Notes: generated by a model from the letters alone, not told the origin. 64,000 nt of DNA from Ignavibacteriota bacterium (GCA_963787835.1 CAWBEI010000002.1:800001-864000), one strand, 5' to 3'; counted from the stretch's first letter, positions 26,891-37,159 are shown. A program made the numbers and translations.

Positions 26891-28381
26891 ATGTCCCCCC
26901 TACAATTCGCAAAAAAGAAATTAAAAATAAACTGCTGGTCTAAGATGCAGGAAATATTTGAAGCCGTGGAATCCGGCGAAAGAAAGATCCTCATTCGTTC
27001 CTGCAATGGCGCCGGCAAAACAACGGCGCTCGCCGCGATATGTAACTGGTATTTCACCACCTATAAAGATTCCATCGTGCTCACCACGGCCTCCAGTTGG
27101 ACACAGGTCAAGCGCAACCTGTGGGGCGAGATCCGGCGTCAGGCGCGCGCGGCAAAACTGCATAAACAAAAACAGACTACACGAACCGCAACAAGCATTA
27201 CGATCTCCGACAAGCATTTTATGCTTGGCATTTCTCCACGCGAGCCGGAGAACGCCATGGGCTTTCACGCGCCGCATATTCTCATCGCGGTCGATGAAGC
27301 AACCGGCGTCTCGCGCGAGATCTTCGATGCGCTGACTGGGAATCTAAGCGGTTCGAACGCGCAGATCGTGCTCATTTGTAATCCGATCAATAAAGATTCC
27401 TACGCCTACGAAGCCGAGCGCTCCGGCCAGTGGAAGGTTATTACCATATCTGCGTTCGACCATCCCAACGTTACTGGGATCACCGATGATGGGAACGGCA
27501 ACGATGGAAAGGGCAATGAGGATATTGGCGGAGCCGTCACCCGCGCATGGATCGAGGATCGCGCAAAGTCGTGGTCCTATGAGATCAGTGTCGATTCGGC
27601 AGATCTGCATGGCGCTGTTCAAATTCCCTGGACGAACACATGGTATCGAAAAACTCCGATCCTCCAATCGCGCGTGCTCGGCGAGTGGTCGGAATTCGAT
27701 TCTATCGGTTTCATTCCCATGGAACTGATCGAGCGTTATGTTATAGATGATCCTAAGTTCCAGTTCGTCGTGGATACTCCTGCCCCAAGCGGCGCAAAAG
27801 TTCGTGCAATGGGCGTGGATGTCTCCCGTGGCGTCGGCGAAGATGCAACGGTCTATGCGTACTTCGATGTCTTCGACGATGGCCCGGATGTTCAGCTTCC
27901 GTTTAAGGAATTTTACGATGACGACCTCATGGCAACGGCCGATAGGATCCAGCGCGAGTACAACCGCTGCTTTGTCCAGGGCATCGAACTCGTCATCGCC
28001 ATTGACGATACCGGCTTAGGCGGCGGGGTCAGCGATAAACTAAAGCGCGAAGGCATTCCGTTCTATCCGGTGAACTTCAATAGCAAACCGAAAGGATTCC
28101 TTCCCGGTAAAGAGATCGCGAACGCGCGCGCGGAAATGTATTTTGTACTGAACCACGAGCTGCTGGCCGGGAAACTCCGGCTCGTCGATCATAAGAAGTT
28201 TCACCAGGAACTATCATCTATTCGGCTCGATGTCGTCAAAAGCGGCACCGCCAACAAAATGGAAGATAAGGAGCTTACCAAACGCCGCCTCGGCCGCTCA
28301 CCCGACTTTGCCGATGCTACTGCGCTTGCACGCTATGCGCTGCAACTTCACAAGTATGCGAAGAATAAGAAGTTTCTTTAA
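26891..28381 (+). CDS. Phage terminase large subunit
   Basis: Walker A RSCNGAGKT, Walker B IAVDEA, ICNP coupling motif, RVLGEW, nuclease MGVDVSRG...D, IDDTGLGGGV.D, NARAEMY, RSPDFADA. Confidence 0.9.
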   Translation: MSPLQFAKKKLKINCWSKMQEIFEAVESGERKILIRSCNGAGKTTALAAICNWYFTTYKDSIVLTTASSWTQVKRNLWGEIRRQARAAKLHKQKQTTRTATSITISDKHFMLGISPREPENAMGFHAPHILIAVDEATGVSREIFDALTGNLSGSNAQIVLICNPINKDSYAYEAERSGQWKVITISAFDHPNVTGITDDGNGNDGKGNEDIGGAVTRAWIEDRAKSWSYEISVDSADLHGAVQIPWTNTWYRKTPILQSRVLGEWSEFDSIGFIPMELIERYVIDDPKFQFVVDTPAPSGAKVRAMGVDVSRGVGEDATVYAYFDVFDDGPDVQLPFKEFYDDDLMATADRIQREYNRCFVQGIELVIAIDDTGLGGGVSDKLKREGIPFYPVNFNSKPKGFLPGKEIANARAEMYFVLNHELLAGKLRLVDHKKFHQELSSIRLDVVKSGTANKMEDKELTKRRLGRSPDFADATALARYALQLHKYAKNKKFL

Positions 28382-28382
28382 C

Positions 28383-30002
28383 TCATTTCATATTCATTAC
28401 CGGCGCCTTGAAATCCGGATCGTGTCCGATTCTGGGAACCAGCGTACGATAAATATCCGGGTAACGCGGCGATGTTGTATCAACAAGAATATCGAGATCG
28501 TAAATAGTTTGCGGCATCGTGGCGATGGGTGCGTACCCGCTCGAAAGCGCGGCAGAAGCAAGCGCAGGATAGGCCGAGCCGATGAGTCCGTGCCCGTGCC
28601 CAAGCACGCGGCGGATGGTATCGTTGGGGATGGTATCGTCCTTCGGAAGGATAAGCGGAATGATAATGATGTCCGGCTTCGACTTCATGATGAAGTGGAT
28701 CACCTCATCCGCAGAATGCGCGTGGGCGATCTCGTTCGTGTTCAGCCCCACGGGATCGATATTCAGCATATCCGAATAATACGGCAACCGCCCCGCATCT
28801 CCCCACACGATCGTTACTTCACCATGATCGGGAATGCTCTTAAACACCTTCGCCACCCGCGAATACGGATTTAATTCCTCATCCATCCGCTGAATATAGC
28901 CAAGACCACCCCTAAAATACAGCGACCAGATAATATTAACCGCAAGTAGCAGAATAATTGAAAGTCTCCATATCCATCGTTTCTGTATGGCAAATTCAAG
29001 ACCGACTGTTGCAAGAACTATCAGCAATACTTCAGTGGAATTCGTAAATCGCTGATAATCATTTTGGATGAGCTGAGAGAACAGATAAAAACTGCTCAGC
29101 AGCCAACACCACAATACTGCGATCTGTACTGTCGCATTCTTACGCCCTTTCCACGCAGCGATCAATCCAAATGCAACCAAATACCATACGCCCCCATAGA
29201 ATATCCGCATCGTGCCTCGGCCGGGGAGGAACGTCCCACCCGTGATCTGCGTAACTTTAACATAGAACGAGTTCGGCAGCAGGTTCCCGAAGTACCAGAA
29301 TTTCCATCCCGCATAGAGCGCCATCGGCAAGACGAATGCCGACACCCAATAACTAAGCACCGATATCGGCGGATGATCCTTTAGCGTTGGAGAAACTACT
29401 CCGCCCGGCTGCCGCCGTTCCTGAATCAGCGCCACAGCGAGCAGAACCATTCCCATCAGCGCGCCTTCGGGGCGCGTCAGCGCAGCGAACGTTGCAAGCA
29501 TGAATGCAAGCTCCGTTCGCTTTGTGATGAACGCCCATATTGCAACCACGAGCCACATTGTGAACAGGCTCGTCTCGAGTCCTGAGTAGGCGTTCATCCA
29601 TATATAGGGATCGAGCAGAAAAAGCGCTGGGGCAAGTAAGGCGTAACGGGTAACGGGTAACGCGTTTTGGATGATCCGATAGATCGCCACAGCCGATACC
29701 ATCACCGCGACCACCCCAATGATCTGCGAAACAAGAACAAGATCGCATCCCATCCAAACGAACGGCGTAAGCAGCAGCACGAGCAGAAAATTCGTGTAGC
29801 CCTCCGTGTGCGCACCTGCGTGATGCAGAATGCTTCCCGGATTCCACACGATGCCATACCCATGCGCCAGATTCGCCGCATACCGAAACGTGATGTACGT
29901 ATCGTCGAACGGGAACCGCATACGGATCGGCCACCAGCACGCCGCAATCAGTGCGGCTGCCAGCGCGATCAGGAATTCGGTGCGGTATTTACGCAAGAAC
30001 AT
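28383..30002 (-). CDS. Multi-TM GT-C glycosyltransferase-like membrane protein
   Basis: DDTYITFRYAANLAHGYG, EGYTNFL, SGLETSL, LTRPEG, YFGNLLPNSFYVK, DPVGLN; start at MFLRKY. Confidence 0.8.
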   Translation of the reverse strand: MFLRKYRTEFLIALAAALIAACWWPIRMRFPFDDTYITFRYAANLAHGYGIVWNPGSILHHAGAHTEGYTNFLLVLLLTPFVWMGCDLVLVSQIIGVVAVMVSAVAIYRIIQNALPVTRYALLAPALFLLDPYIWMNAYSGLETSLFTMWLVVAIWAFITKRTELAFMLATFAALTRPEGALMGMVLLAVALIQERRQPGGVVSPTLKDHPPISVLSYWVSAFVLPMALYAGWKFWYFGNLLPNSFYVKVTQITGGTFLPGRGTMRIFYGGVWYLVAFGLIAAWKGRKNATVQIAVLWCWLLSSFYLFSQLIQNDYQRFTNSTEVLLIVLATVGLEFAIQKRWIWRLSIILLLAVNIIWSLYFRGGLGYIQRMDEELNPYSRVAKVFKSIPDHGEVTIVWGDAGRLPYYSDMLNIDPVGLNTNEIAHAHSADEVIHFIMKSKPDIIIIPLILPKDDTIPNDTIRRVLGHGHGLIGSAYPALASAALSSGYAPIATMPQTIYDLDILVDTTSPRYPDIYRTLVPRIGHDPDFKAPVMNMK

Positions 30003-30006
30003 TATA

Positions 30007-30014
30007 CAAAAATA
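30007..30014 (-). promoter_or_regulatory. TAnnTTTG promoter element for the GT-C gene
   Basis: TATTTTTG on the minus strand immediately upstream of ATG 30002. Confidence 0.4.
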
Positions 30015-30058
30015 CCACAATATTCTACCATCTTATGCAAACAGACTGTAAACGAACA

Positions 30059-30204
30059 GTCATCCTGAGCGGAGCGAGACGCAGCGATAGCGGAGTCTCG
30101 CGTAGTCGAAGGATCTCATGCAGTTCACCTCTGAGCGTAATCCCACCAGATCCTTCGACTCCGTTTTTCTCTCCTTCGTCGAGAAAAACTCCGCTCAGGA
30201 TGAC
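30059..30204. mobile_element. 146-bp MITE-like palindromic element, copy 2
   Basis: GTCATCCTGAGCGGAG...CTCCGCTCAGGATGAC, just upstream of the portal gene. Confidence 0.8.
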
Positions 30205-30226
30205 ATCCACTTAAATTAATTTACCT

Positions 30227-31531
30227 ATGAACCTAACATTTGGAAAATATTCCATACAGCTAAAACGCGGCAGCGTATCTGAAACTGCGGCTCGCGGCAC
30301 AGCAGAGCAAGTGGCCGCAAGCGCAGGCGGACTCCTGCCCTGGCCTCCCGGCGGCGTACCGATGGTCTATCCCTCCGGCAATTTCGGAAGGGAAAATGTC
30401 ACGGAAAATCTGCGGCATATCCGCGAGACGGTTGCGGCGTGTATGCATGCCCACAGCGAGGCCATCGGACGCGGGAAGTTCCATGCTGTCGTCGGGGCCA
30501 CCACCCCCCAGCCCCCTCCTACTTCGCTTCGCTCCGCAGGAGGGGGAGTTCCACTTCCTTCCGATCATCCCCTACAAAAACTGCTCCGCCGTCCCAACCC
30601 CATCTTCGACATGAGCGATCTGCTGGAACTCTCCAGCCAGTGGCTCGATGCGACGGGCAATGCGATCTGGCTGAAAGTGCGGGATGGGAACGGAGTGGTC
30701 GTCGAGCTGTGGCCGGCGAGCGTGCTTTCGTTTCTTATCGAGCGCGGCGCGGATGGATTGCCGGAGACGTACCGTTTCCTTCCCTCAAATGCGCTCATCC
30801 CCGCAAGCGACGTCATCCATATTCGCCGTCCGGATATTCGTATGAGTCCCTTCTTCGGACATGGTTTGATCTCCGATATTCTCGATACCGCTAAGGCCGA
30901 AACTGCCGTGCGCCTCTTTCAATCTCGCTTTTTCGAGAACGATGCTACGCCGCGAGCCGTCCTGCGCTGGCCGCCGGGCGCGCTTATTACGCAGGATGAG
31001 ATGGACCGCCTGCGAATTGCTTGGGAAGCAAAATATGCTTCGCCCAGCAATGCCGGACGCATTGGCATTCTTCCCGATGGCGGCGAAGTGCAGTTACTCG
31101 GCACGGGTGGGAAGGAACTCGATTTCGAGAAATCGAAAAGCGAGTTGCGAGATGCCATTCGCGAAGCCTTCCGCGTGCCGAAGATCGTTTTTGGCGATAC
31201 CGAGCAGGTCAATCTTGCAAATGCGGACACAAGCTATATGGTATTCCTGCGCGATGTCGTGGATCACGCGCTGGAAAAGCATGCACAGGCATTCACCCGC
31301 GCATTGGCCTCCGAGTTCGATGCGCCCGAGCGTTCCTCCGACACCGGACGTTTCGTTCCACGCGGCGAACTTATCATCGAGCACGAATCGCTCCTGCCCG
31401 AATCCGAAGACATCTTCATGGAGCGCGTCAATGCCCTCAAGCAATCCATGACAATCGATGAACAGCGCGCGCTTATCGGGCTGGGGCCATTGCCGAATAA
31501 TGCAGGGGCTGTGCTTGCATTACATCCGTAG
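30227..31531 (+). CDS. Phage portal protein, HK97 family
   Basis: HPLQKLLRRPNP, ATGNAIW, ELWP, DVIHIR, FFENDATP, NAGRIGIL..G, AFRVP..VFG, TIDEQR..IGL.PL. Confidence 0.9.
   Translation: MNLTFGKYSIQLKRGSVSETAARGTAEQVAASAGGLLPWPPGGVPMVYPSGNFGRENVTENLRHIRETVAACMHAHSEAIGRGKFHAVVGATTPQPPPTSLRSAGGGVPLPSDHPLQKLLRRPNPIFDMSDLLELSSQWLDATGNAIWLKVRDGNGVVVELWPASVLSFLIERGADGLPETYRFLPSNALIPASDVIHIRRPDIRMSPFFGHGLISDILDTAKAETAVRLFQSRFFENDATPRAVLRWPPGALITQDEMDRLRIAWEAKYASPSNAGRIGILPDGGEVQLLGTGGKELDFEKSKSELRDAIREAFRVPKIVFGDTEQVNLANADTSYMVFLRDVVDHALEKHAQAFTRALASEFDAPERSSDTGRFVPRGELIIEHESLLPESEDIFMERVNALKQSMTIDEQRALIGLGPLPNNAGAVLALHP
30500..30549. repeat. CCCCTCC...GGAGGGG hairpin element in frame within portal
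   Basis: ACCACCCCCCAGCCCCCTCCT ACTTCGCTTCGCTCCGC AGGAGGGGGAGT, encoding TTPQPPPTSLRSAGGGV; intergenic relative at 41109-41139. Confidence 0.75.
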
Positions 31532-31550
31532 GGACGTGCTGCGCACGTCC
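31528..31550. repeat. GTAG-REP-like unit overlapping the portal stop codon
   Basis: GTAGGGACGTGCTGCGCACGTCC. Confidence 0.75.
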
Positions 31551-31566
31551 AGCACTTTCGAAAGGG

Positions 31567-31959
31567 TCAATCAAATTTCCAATCTCCATTCTCTTTGTGC
31601 AGCCTCTGCAAAGCTACCCTGCGACCTGGAGCAAAATCAGCTAATGAATCCGTCCCAATAAGCCTTACGTGAAAGAGAACTATTGCAGAATCGCCGTAGA
31701 TTGAGTCGGATACAATATGAACTTCGGTGTGCCGGCCTTTCATTTTCACATAAAAGTTGTGCATCGCGTTTGGGTAGATCCGATCAAATTCCAAGCCGCG
31801 CCTTGAGATAAGCTTTTTATATCCCACTGTGTCGCCCACGTCTGCAAGATAATAGGACCGAATGATTACTTGACCAGGCGTGAGCGGATCTGTGTCGCGA
31901 TTGCAACTGCAAAGTGCGCAAACGATTAATGCTGAAAGGCTCATAAGGTAATTTCTCAT
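31567..31959 (-). CDS. Small lipoprotein (DUF4878/NTF2-like)
   Basis: Lipobox ALCSC; C-terminal LHKENGDWKF. Confidence 0.65.
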   Translation of the reverse strand: MRNYLMSLSALIVCALCSCNRDTDPLTPGQVIIRSYYLADVGDTVGYKKLISRRGLEFDRIYPNAMHNFYVKMKGRHTEVHIVSDSIYGDSAIVLFHVRLIGTDSLADFAPGRRVALQRLHKENGDWKFD

Positions 31960-32046
31960 CTGCTTTAACTATTAGATTATCTATATTGTCAAATCTGGGT
32001 ATGTAGTTCCGACCCTGAATTGCTAATCCCGAACAAAACAACCTCA

Positions 32047-32586
32047 ATGGAAACAATCATACACAAACACCTTACCGTCACAAGCGAAGGCGCTTCCCCA
32101 CCTTCATCCTTCATACCTCAACCTTCATCCTTGCCCCCACGCCAGCGCTGGCTGACGCTTGCCACCAACGCCGTCGATCGCGCGGGCGATATTCTCGTCA
32201 TTGCCGGAATGGATGCAGAAAACTTCCTGAAAAATCCGCAATTTCTCTGGCAGCATGGCGCGAGCGGTGCGTTGCTGAACACCATCGGGCGCGTGCTCGA
32301 TCTCAAGCAGACAAAGAACGAATTATTCGCGCTCGTCGAATATGCGCCTGCCGATATATCACCGCTCGCCGAGCAAGTCTATCAAATGGATCTGGCCGGA
32401 TTACTTCCCGCCAATTCCATCGGCTTTAGCCCCATCGAATACGAAGCCAACGAGTTCGGCGGCTACACCTTCACCAAATGGGAACTCATTGAATGCTCCA
32501 AAGTCGAGCTGCCGATGAACCCCGATGCGATCGATGGTAGTAAATCCTATACCCTCGAAGAAGCAACCGACTGGCTGCTCCAATAA
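32047..32586 (+). CDS. HK97-family prohead protease
   Basis: VDRAGDI, NPQFLWQH (His), NSIGF (Ser), ELIECSKVELPMNPDA; lies between portal and capsid. Confidence 0.88.
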   Translation: METIIHKHLTVTSEGASPPSSFIPQPSSLPPRQRWLTLATNAVDRAGDILVIAGMDAENFLKNPQFLWQHGASGALLNTIGRVLDLKQTKNELFALVEYAPADISPLAEQVYQMDLAGLLPANSIGFSPIEYEANEFGGYTFTKWELIECSKVELPMNPDAIDGSKSYTLEEATDWLLQ

Positions 32587-32616
32587 CCCTTTCACGACGG
32601 TCACAAATTTTTGCCG

Positions 32617-32624
32617 TATGTTTG
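32617..32624 (+). promoter_or_regulatory. TAnnTTTG promoter element
   Basis: TATGTTTG about 35 bp upstream of ATG 32660. Confidence 0.45.
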
Positions 32625-32659
32625 TAGTAACCTTTTCTATGCTAAAGAGTTATTATAGC

Positions 32660-33820
32660 ATGAGATTTCTCATATTTTTGGTGATTTTTATAGCTTTGCT
32701 GGGGCAACTCCCTGCGCGGGCACAAGTTGATTCTGCGCAGTGGCCGTTTCCCTATCCATTTTGGGTTTCTTGCTCGCTTACTGGGACTTACAATGCCAAT
32801 GTAGAAGGAATCTCGTTCCCCTCCGAAACGCCCTTCGATTCATCGTGGACTTATCATTCTTCAACGGTTCCGGAATATGGATTTCCAAGTAATTATTTTA
32901 CGTGGAACAATGTCACAATGACCGACTCGCTAGGATGGCATCTCGCAAATCAAGCAGCAACGGCGACTATAGAATTCGATTCAGTCAGCCATACGATTCT
33001 TCAGTTGGAATTAAATTTTAATCTTGATATTGCGCAACCTACGGAATCGCTTCATTATGTGCTTCACTTCTTGCATTACAATGACTCAACCATCTCTTGT
33101 TCGGATAACGATTTATGGAGACACGTCAGCTCTGCTGGATACGCATTTGGAGATATTAACGCTTTTGAGAACGAGACGATCACTTTTTCTGGGCTGGATG
33201 GATTTGGATTTTATGGAGTACAGCTTATTCCAGGATTTTCAATTCCCTCAACAATTGATTTTGGTTTCCAGAGTGTCGGCTCCAATTTCGACTCATCAAT
33301 CGTTCTCATTAATCGAAGTGATACTGTCTTAACAATATATAGCTTTGCATTGCAGGATTCGGATTCCGGATTTTCATTTATCGATACAACCGCTCACTTC
33401 ATTGCCGCGCAAGATAGTGCTAAGATTACAGTTCGCTTCACTCCGAACGAAACAAAAATGTATGCAGGCAACGTCCACATTATAACTGACGAACCGTATG
33501 CTCTGCCTTACAACATTCTGCTATTAGGAAGCACCGAAACCAGTGGTGTGACGCAAGGCAGTTCCGTAGATTCAAATTTCACCGCTTCTTTGGTTACGCA
33601 AGAAAGAAAACTACTTCTGCAATTATCCTCTTCCTATTCTTCTGCACGAATAGATGTGTTCGATATTCTCGGCCATAAATGTGCCGCCATGAATCAATCC
33701 CTCAATGCCGGAGAGAATTTCCTATCGCTGAACGACCTGATCGGCACGCCCGGCGAATATATTGTCAGAATTCAATCTGGCAATGAAGTTAGGTCGCTTA
33801 AGTTTGTCAATTTGCAATGA
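32660..33820 (+). CDS. Secreted protein with Ig-like (ASH/choice-of-anchor D) domain and T9SS-type CTD
   Basis: Signal peptide ..PARAQ, IDFG...ITVRFTP, CTD FDILG...GEYIVRI. Confidence 0.8.
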   Translation: MRFLIFLVIFIALLGQLPARAQVDSAQWPFPYPFWVSCSLTGTYNANVEGISFPSETPFDSSWTYHSSTVPEYGFPSNYFTWNNVTMTDSLGWHLANQAATATIEFDSVSHTILQLELNFNLDIAQPTESLHYVLHFLHYNDSTISCSDNDLWRHVSSAGYAFGDINAFENETITFSGLDGFGFYGVQLIPGFSIPSTIDFGFQSVGSNFDSSIVLINRSDTVLTIYSFALQDSDSGFSFIDTTAHFIAAQDSAKITVRFTPNETKMYAGNVHIITDEPYALPYNILLLGSTETSGVTQGSSVDSNFTASLVTQERKLLLQLSSSYSSARIDVFDILGHKCAAMNQSLNAGENFLSLNDLIGTPGEYIVRIQSGNEVRSLKFVNLQ

Positions 33821-33824
33821 GGGC

Positions 33825-34970
33825 ATGATTAGTATGAAGACTCTCATAATGTCAGTTATACTTACCGCTTTGCTGGGTCAAGTCCCTGCGCGCGCACAGA
33901 TAGACTCAGCTCAATGGCCGTTTCCTAAAACGCTCTCGCTAAACTGCAATCTTGGCGGGATCTATTCCTTCACCCATTGGGAAGAACCGAATTCGTACGA
34001 ACAAAGTGTCGATACGAGTGTTTTTCAGGTTCCGGAATATGTGATGTATCAACTCTGGTTTACGTGGAAAAATGTGCAGAAGATTGATTCGAATGAATGG
34101 CAACTTGCGAATCAGGTGGCTACTTTAAATCTATCTCTTGACACAATCAATCACCGGATCGACACCCTTACCTTTAACTATGGTTCAGATTATGAGGAGG
34201 AGTTGTCTTTCAAACTCAAGAACTTGTATTACACTGCCTCGACAATTGGCTATGGAGATAATGATATTAACAGGCACCTTATATCAGCGAGCTATGGGTT
34301 AAACTTCAAGGATTGTTGTGAAATTCAGACCACGACGTATTGTTGCACGTTCGAATTTGGACTATTCGGGCAAACCCTTGTTCCTGGATTCCTTCTGACT
34401 CATCAGGTAAACTTCGGAACACTATTACAGGACTCGTCTCGCGATACCACCGTCACCATCATCAACTACAGTGATTCAGCCGTTGCGATCTTAAGTTTTG
34501 CGCTTAATGATCCGGATAGCGGCTTTGCATTCGTCGATACTACTGTTCATACCATTCCTGCTAATGAGAGCGAAACAATTACAGTTCGATTTACACCGAA
34601 GCAGTTGAAATCCTATTCCGGCGCTATCACGATCGTAACGGATGAAGCATGTACACATACCTATACTATAAACCTTAACGGTGCGGCGGTTCCGAGCAGC
34701 GTGAAAACTAGTTCCGAAGACTCCAATTTCACTGCTTCTTTGGTTACGCAACAAGGGCATTTACTTCTACAATTATCCTCTTCCTATTCTTCCGCACAAA
34801 TAGATGTGTTCGATATTCTCGGCCATAAACATGCCTCAATGAATAAATCGCTCAATGCCGAAGAGAATCTCATCTCGCTGAACAATCTGATCGGCACACC
34901 CGGCGAATATATTGTCAGAATTCAATCCGGCAATGACGTCCGCTCACTGAAGTTTGTCATAGCACAATGA
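33825..34970 (+). CDS. Secreted Ig-like/T9SS-CTD protein (paralog of the previous gene)
   Basis: AQIDSAQWPFP start, VNFG...ITVRFTP, near-identical CTD. Confidence 0.8.
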   Translation: MISMKTLIMSVILTALLGQVPARAQIDSAQWPFPKTLSLNCNLGGIYSFTHWEEPNSYEQSVDTSVFQVPEYVMYQLWFTWKNVQKIDSNEWQLANQVATLNLSLDTINHRIDTLTFNYGSDYEEELSFKLKNLYYTASTIGYGDNDINRHLISASYGLNFKDCCEIQTTTYCCTFEFGLFGQTLVPGFLLTHQVNFGTLLQDSSRDTTVTIINYSDSAVAILSFALNDPDSGFAFVDTTVHTIPANESETITVRFTPKQLKSYSGAITIVTDEACTHTYTINLNGAAVPSSVKTSSEDSNFTASLVTQQGHLLLQLSSSYSSAQIDVFDILGHKHASMNKSLNAEENLISLNNLIGTPGEYIVRIQSGNDVRSLKFVIAQ

Positions 34971-35014
34971 CAATACTCCTCCTGCTCCCGTAAAGTCCAC
35001 TTTCCCAAAAACCA

Positions 35015-35743
35015 TTAGTATGGAAACAACACGGTTGCGGTCACCCGAACGTCGGTGGCTGTTGCACTATACACGGGATCGCGGTAGTATGGCTCATCCG
35101 TCGGTTCGCTGAACGCATCGTTCGTCAGGCCCCACGCATAGGCAGCACGTATTTCGCAACGAATCTTCCCGGCCAGATCGAAGGCAAAACCCACGCCCGC
35201 CACCGCTGAAACACTGGGATCTTTTTGAGTGAGAGAGATCGAATTGTTGGGTTCGTTCGCAACGTGCAAACTTAACTGCGATTTACCCGAGAGCAGGAAC
35301 CCAACACTCGGTCCGGCAAAAAGGAATGGGCCTGAACCTTCGGAAAACGGTTCCCACTTCACAAGCACGGGAATCTCAAGATAATCGAGCGTATTGGTCT
35401 GGTCTGTTGTAGCGATGGGAGCTGGGCTGGATTCCGTTGTGTAAATGTAATTCAGCCCCACGCCCTTTTGGTCGAATAGTGCACTTCCGCTTAACGCAAA
35501 ATTAGTGCTAACACGATAATCACACTCGAGACCGCCAATGAGCCCCAACACCGCATAGAGAGTACCGCCCCCCGGTTCGATCTCATTGTGGGAATAGAAC
35601 CAGGTACTGCCATATTCGAACGATTGCACACCATCCGATTCACTGCCCAGGTCGCCTCCAACGGTGACGCCATACGAGAAGCTTTGCGCCCCACAGCGCG
35701 TCGCAAGAAGAACAAGTGCCGTCACCAGAATTACACATTTCAT
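35015..35743 (-). CDS. Outer-membrane beta-barrel (porin/PorT-like) protein
   Basis: Signal peptide, FDQKG, LDYLEIPVLVK, FAGPSVGFLL, terminal aromatic strand. Confidence 0.8.
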   Translation of the reverse strand: MKCVILVTALVLLATRCGAQSFSYGVTVGGDLGSESDGVQSFEYGSTWFYSHNEIEPGGGTLYAVLGLIGGLECDYRVSTNFALSGSALFDQKGVGLNYIYTTESSPAPIATTDQTNTLDYLEIPVLVKWEPFSEGSGPFLFAGPSVGFLLSGKSQLSLHVANEPNNSISLTQKDPSVSAVAGVGFAFDLAGKIRCEIRAAYAWGLTNDAFSEPTDEPYYRDPVYSATATDVRVTATVLFPY

Positions 35744-35835
35744 GAAACAGGAAACGCAGATCCGTCTATCTATCGCTCCCGCTTTCTCAGGATCATCAAC
35801 TTTCCACTATCCACAATAATACTATCAAAAACCCC

Positions 35836-37116
35836 ATGACCATTAACGAAACCGAAAACACCCTCACCGCCTCGCGCGACGAATTCAATACCATTATCGA
35901 TAAAGCGCTTGACCGCAAAATAAAATCCCTCCCGGATCGCTCGGCGATCTCCGCAATTGGTAGGGACGTGCCGCGCACGTCCGACACTTTTGCCATTACT
36001 GATTCTAGCGTCCACAAGGGCGGACGTGCGCAGCACGTCCCTACGGATAGAGACAAAATTCTCAAAACCTTCCGGTTCTTCAACGCCATCTCTTCTAACG
36101 ATCACCAGACGCTGCGCTCGATCATGCAGACGTACGAGCCGGAATACGTTCGCACGCTTGCGCCGCAGGTGGAAGGCACGAGTTCTGCCGGTGGCTATCT
36201 CGTTCCGCAGGAGTTTTATGCGGACGTGCTCTTCCTGCTGAACCAATACGGCTTTGCACGAAAATATTGCGCGCAAATTCAAATGCAGTCCAGCGTACTG
36301 AACGTTTCAACGCTAACCGGCACGCCCTCTGTCAATTGGGTGAACGAGGATACCGCGATCACCGCCAGCAAGGGAACCTTCGGGCGCCTCGTGCTCACCG
36401 CGCAAAAGCTTGCGGCTATCTATCCCATCTCGAACGAGCTGCTCATGGATGCCAACGTCGATGTCTATAATACCATCCTTCGTATTTTCGTGGAAGTATT
36501 CGGACAGCAGGAGGACATGCAGGTCTTCAACGGTACCGGCTCGCCGTTCACCGGCATTTTGCAGACGACGGGAACCACGCTCACCTATCTCGGCGCGTCA
36601 TCTACTTCCGGCAAAACGCATTTCCCGGACATCACGCTGGACGATCTCATCAATCTCGTGCAGTCCGTCGGACCGGCGCAACAGCGCGGCGCGTGCTTGT
36701 TCGTCGAGCAGAACACGCTGACCGATCTGCTCAAAAAGAAAGATTCCTCAAGCCGTTACCTGTGGGATCTTGCGACCTCCAACGATCCGAACATCAACGG
36801 AGCGAATGGATTTAACGCGACGAACCTGCAATTCCACGGCTACCCGGTTGTATCACTCCCGAACGGTGTGCTCATCAATGGCTATAGCACGGCCACGACT
36901 CCCAGCACGCCGTTCGCGCTCTTCGGGAACCTGCAAACTGCCGGATGCTGGCTTGGAACCCGCGGCGGCATGGAACTCCGCATTTCCTACGATGCCACGG
37001 CGGATAGCGTCAACGCATTCACCAACGATCTCCAGCTTCTCCGCATGACCGAGCGCATTGCCTTCGGTGTCGGCCAGCCGGGGTATCTGGCGGTGCTTTC
37101 GACATCGGCATCCTAA
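35836..37116 (+). CDS. Phage major capsid protein, HK97 fold
   Basis: AGGYLVPQEF, WVNE, KLAAIYPISNELLMDA, FNGTG, GYPVV, ALFGNL, FTNDLQLLRMTERI. Confidence 0.92.
   Translation: MTINETENTLTASRDEFNTIIDKALDRKIKSLPDRSAISAIGRDVPRTSDTFAITDSSVHKGGRAQHVPTDRDKILKTFRFFNAISSNDHQTLRSIMQTYEPEYVRTLAPQVEGTSSAGGYLVPQEFYADVLFLLNQYGFARKYCAQIQMQSSVLNVSTLTGTPSVNWVNEDTAITASKGTFGRLVLTAQKLAAIYPISNELLMDANVDVYNTILRIFVEVFGQQEDMQVFNGTGSPFTGILQTTGTTLTYLGASSTSGKTHFPDITLDDLINLVQSVGPAQQRGACLFVEQNTLTDLLKKKDSSSRYLWDLATSNDPNINGANGFNATNLQFHGYPVVSLPNGVLINGYSTATTPSTPFALFGNLQTAGCWLGTRGGMELRISYDATADSVNAFTNDLQLLRMTERIAFGVGQPGYLAVLSTSAS
35960..36044. repeat. Inverted pair of GTAG-REP units in frame in the capsid N-terminus
   Basis: GTAGGGACGTGCCGCGCACGTCC ... 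GGACGTGCGCAGCACGTCCCTAC, encoding GRDVPRTS...GRAQHVPT. Confidence 0.85.
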
Positions 37117-37120
37117 TCAT

Positions 37121-37159
37121 ATACCGTAGAGACGCGCCACCAGCCCGTCTCTACGGTAT
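37121..37159. terminator. REP-like hairpin, probable terminator after the capsid gene
   Basis: 14-bp perfect stem ATACCGTAGAGACG / CGTCTCTACGGTAT directly after the stop codon. Confidence 0.6.
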
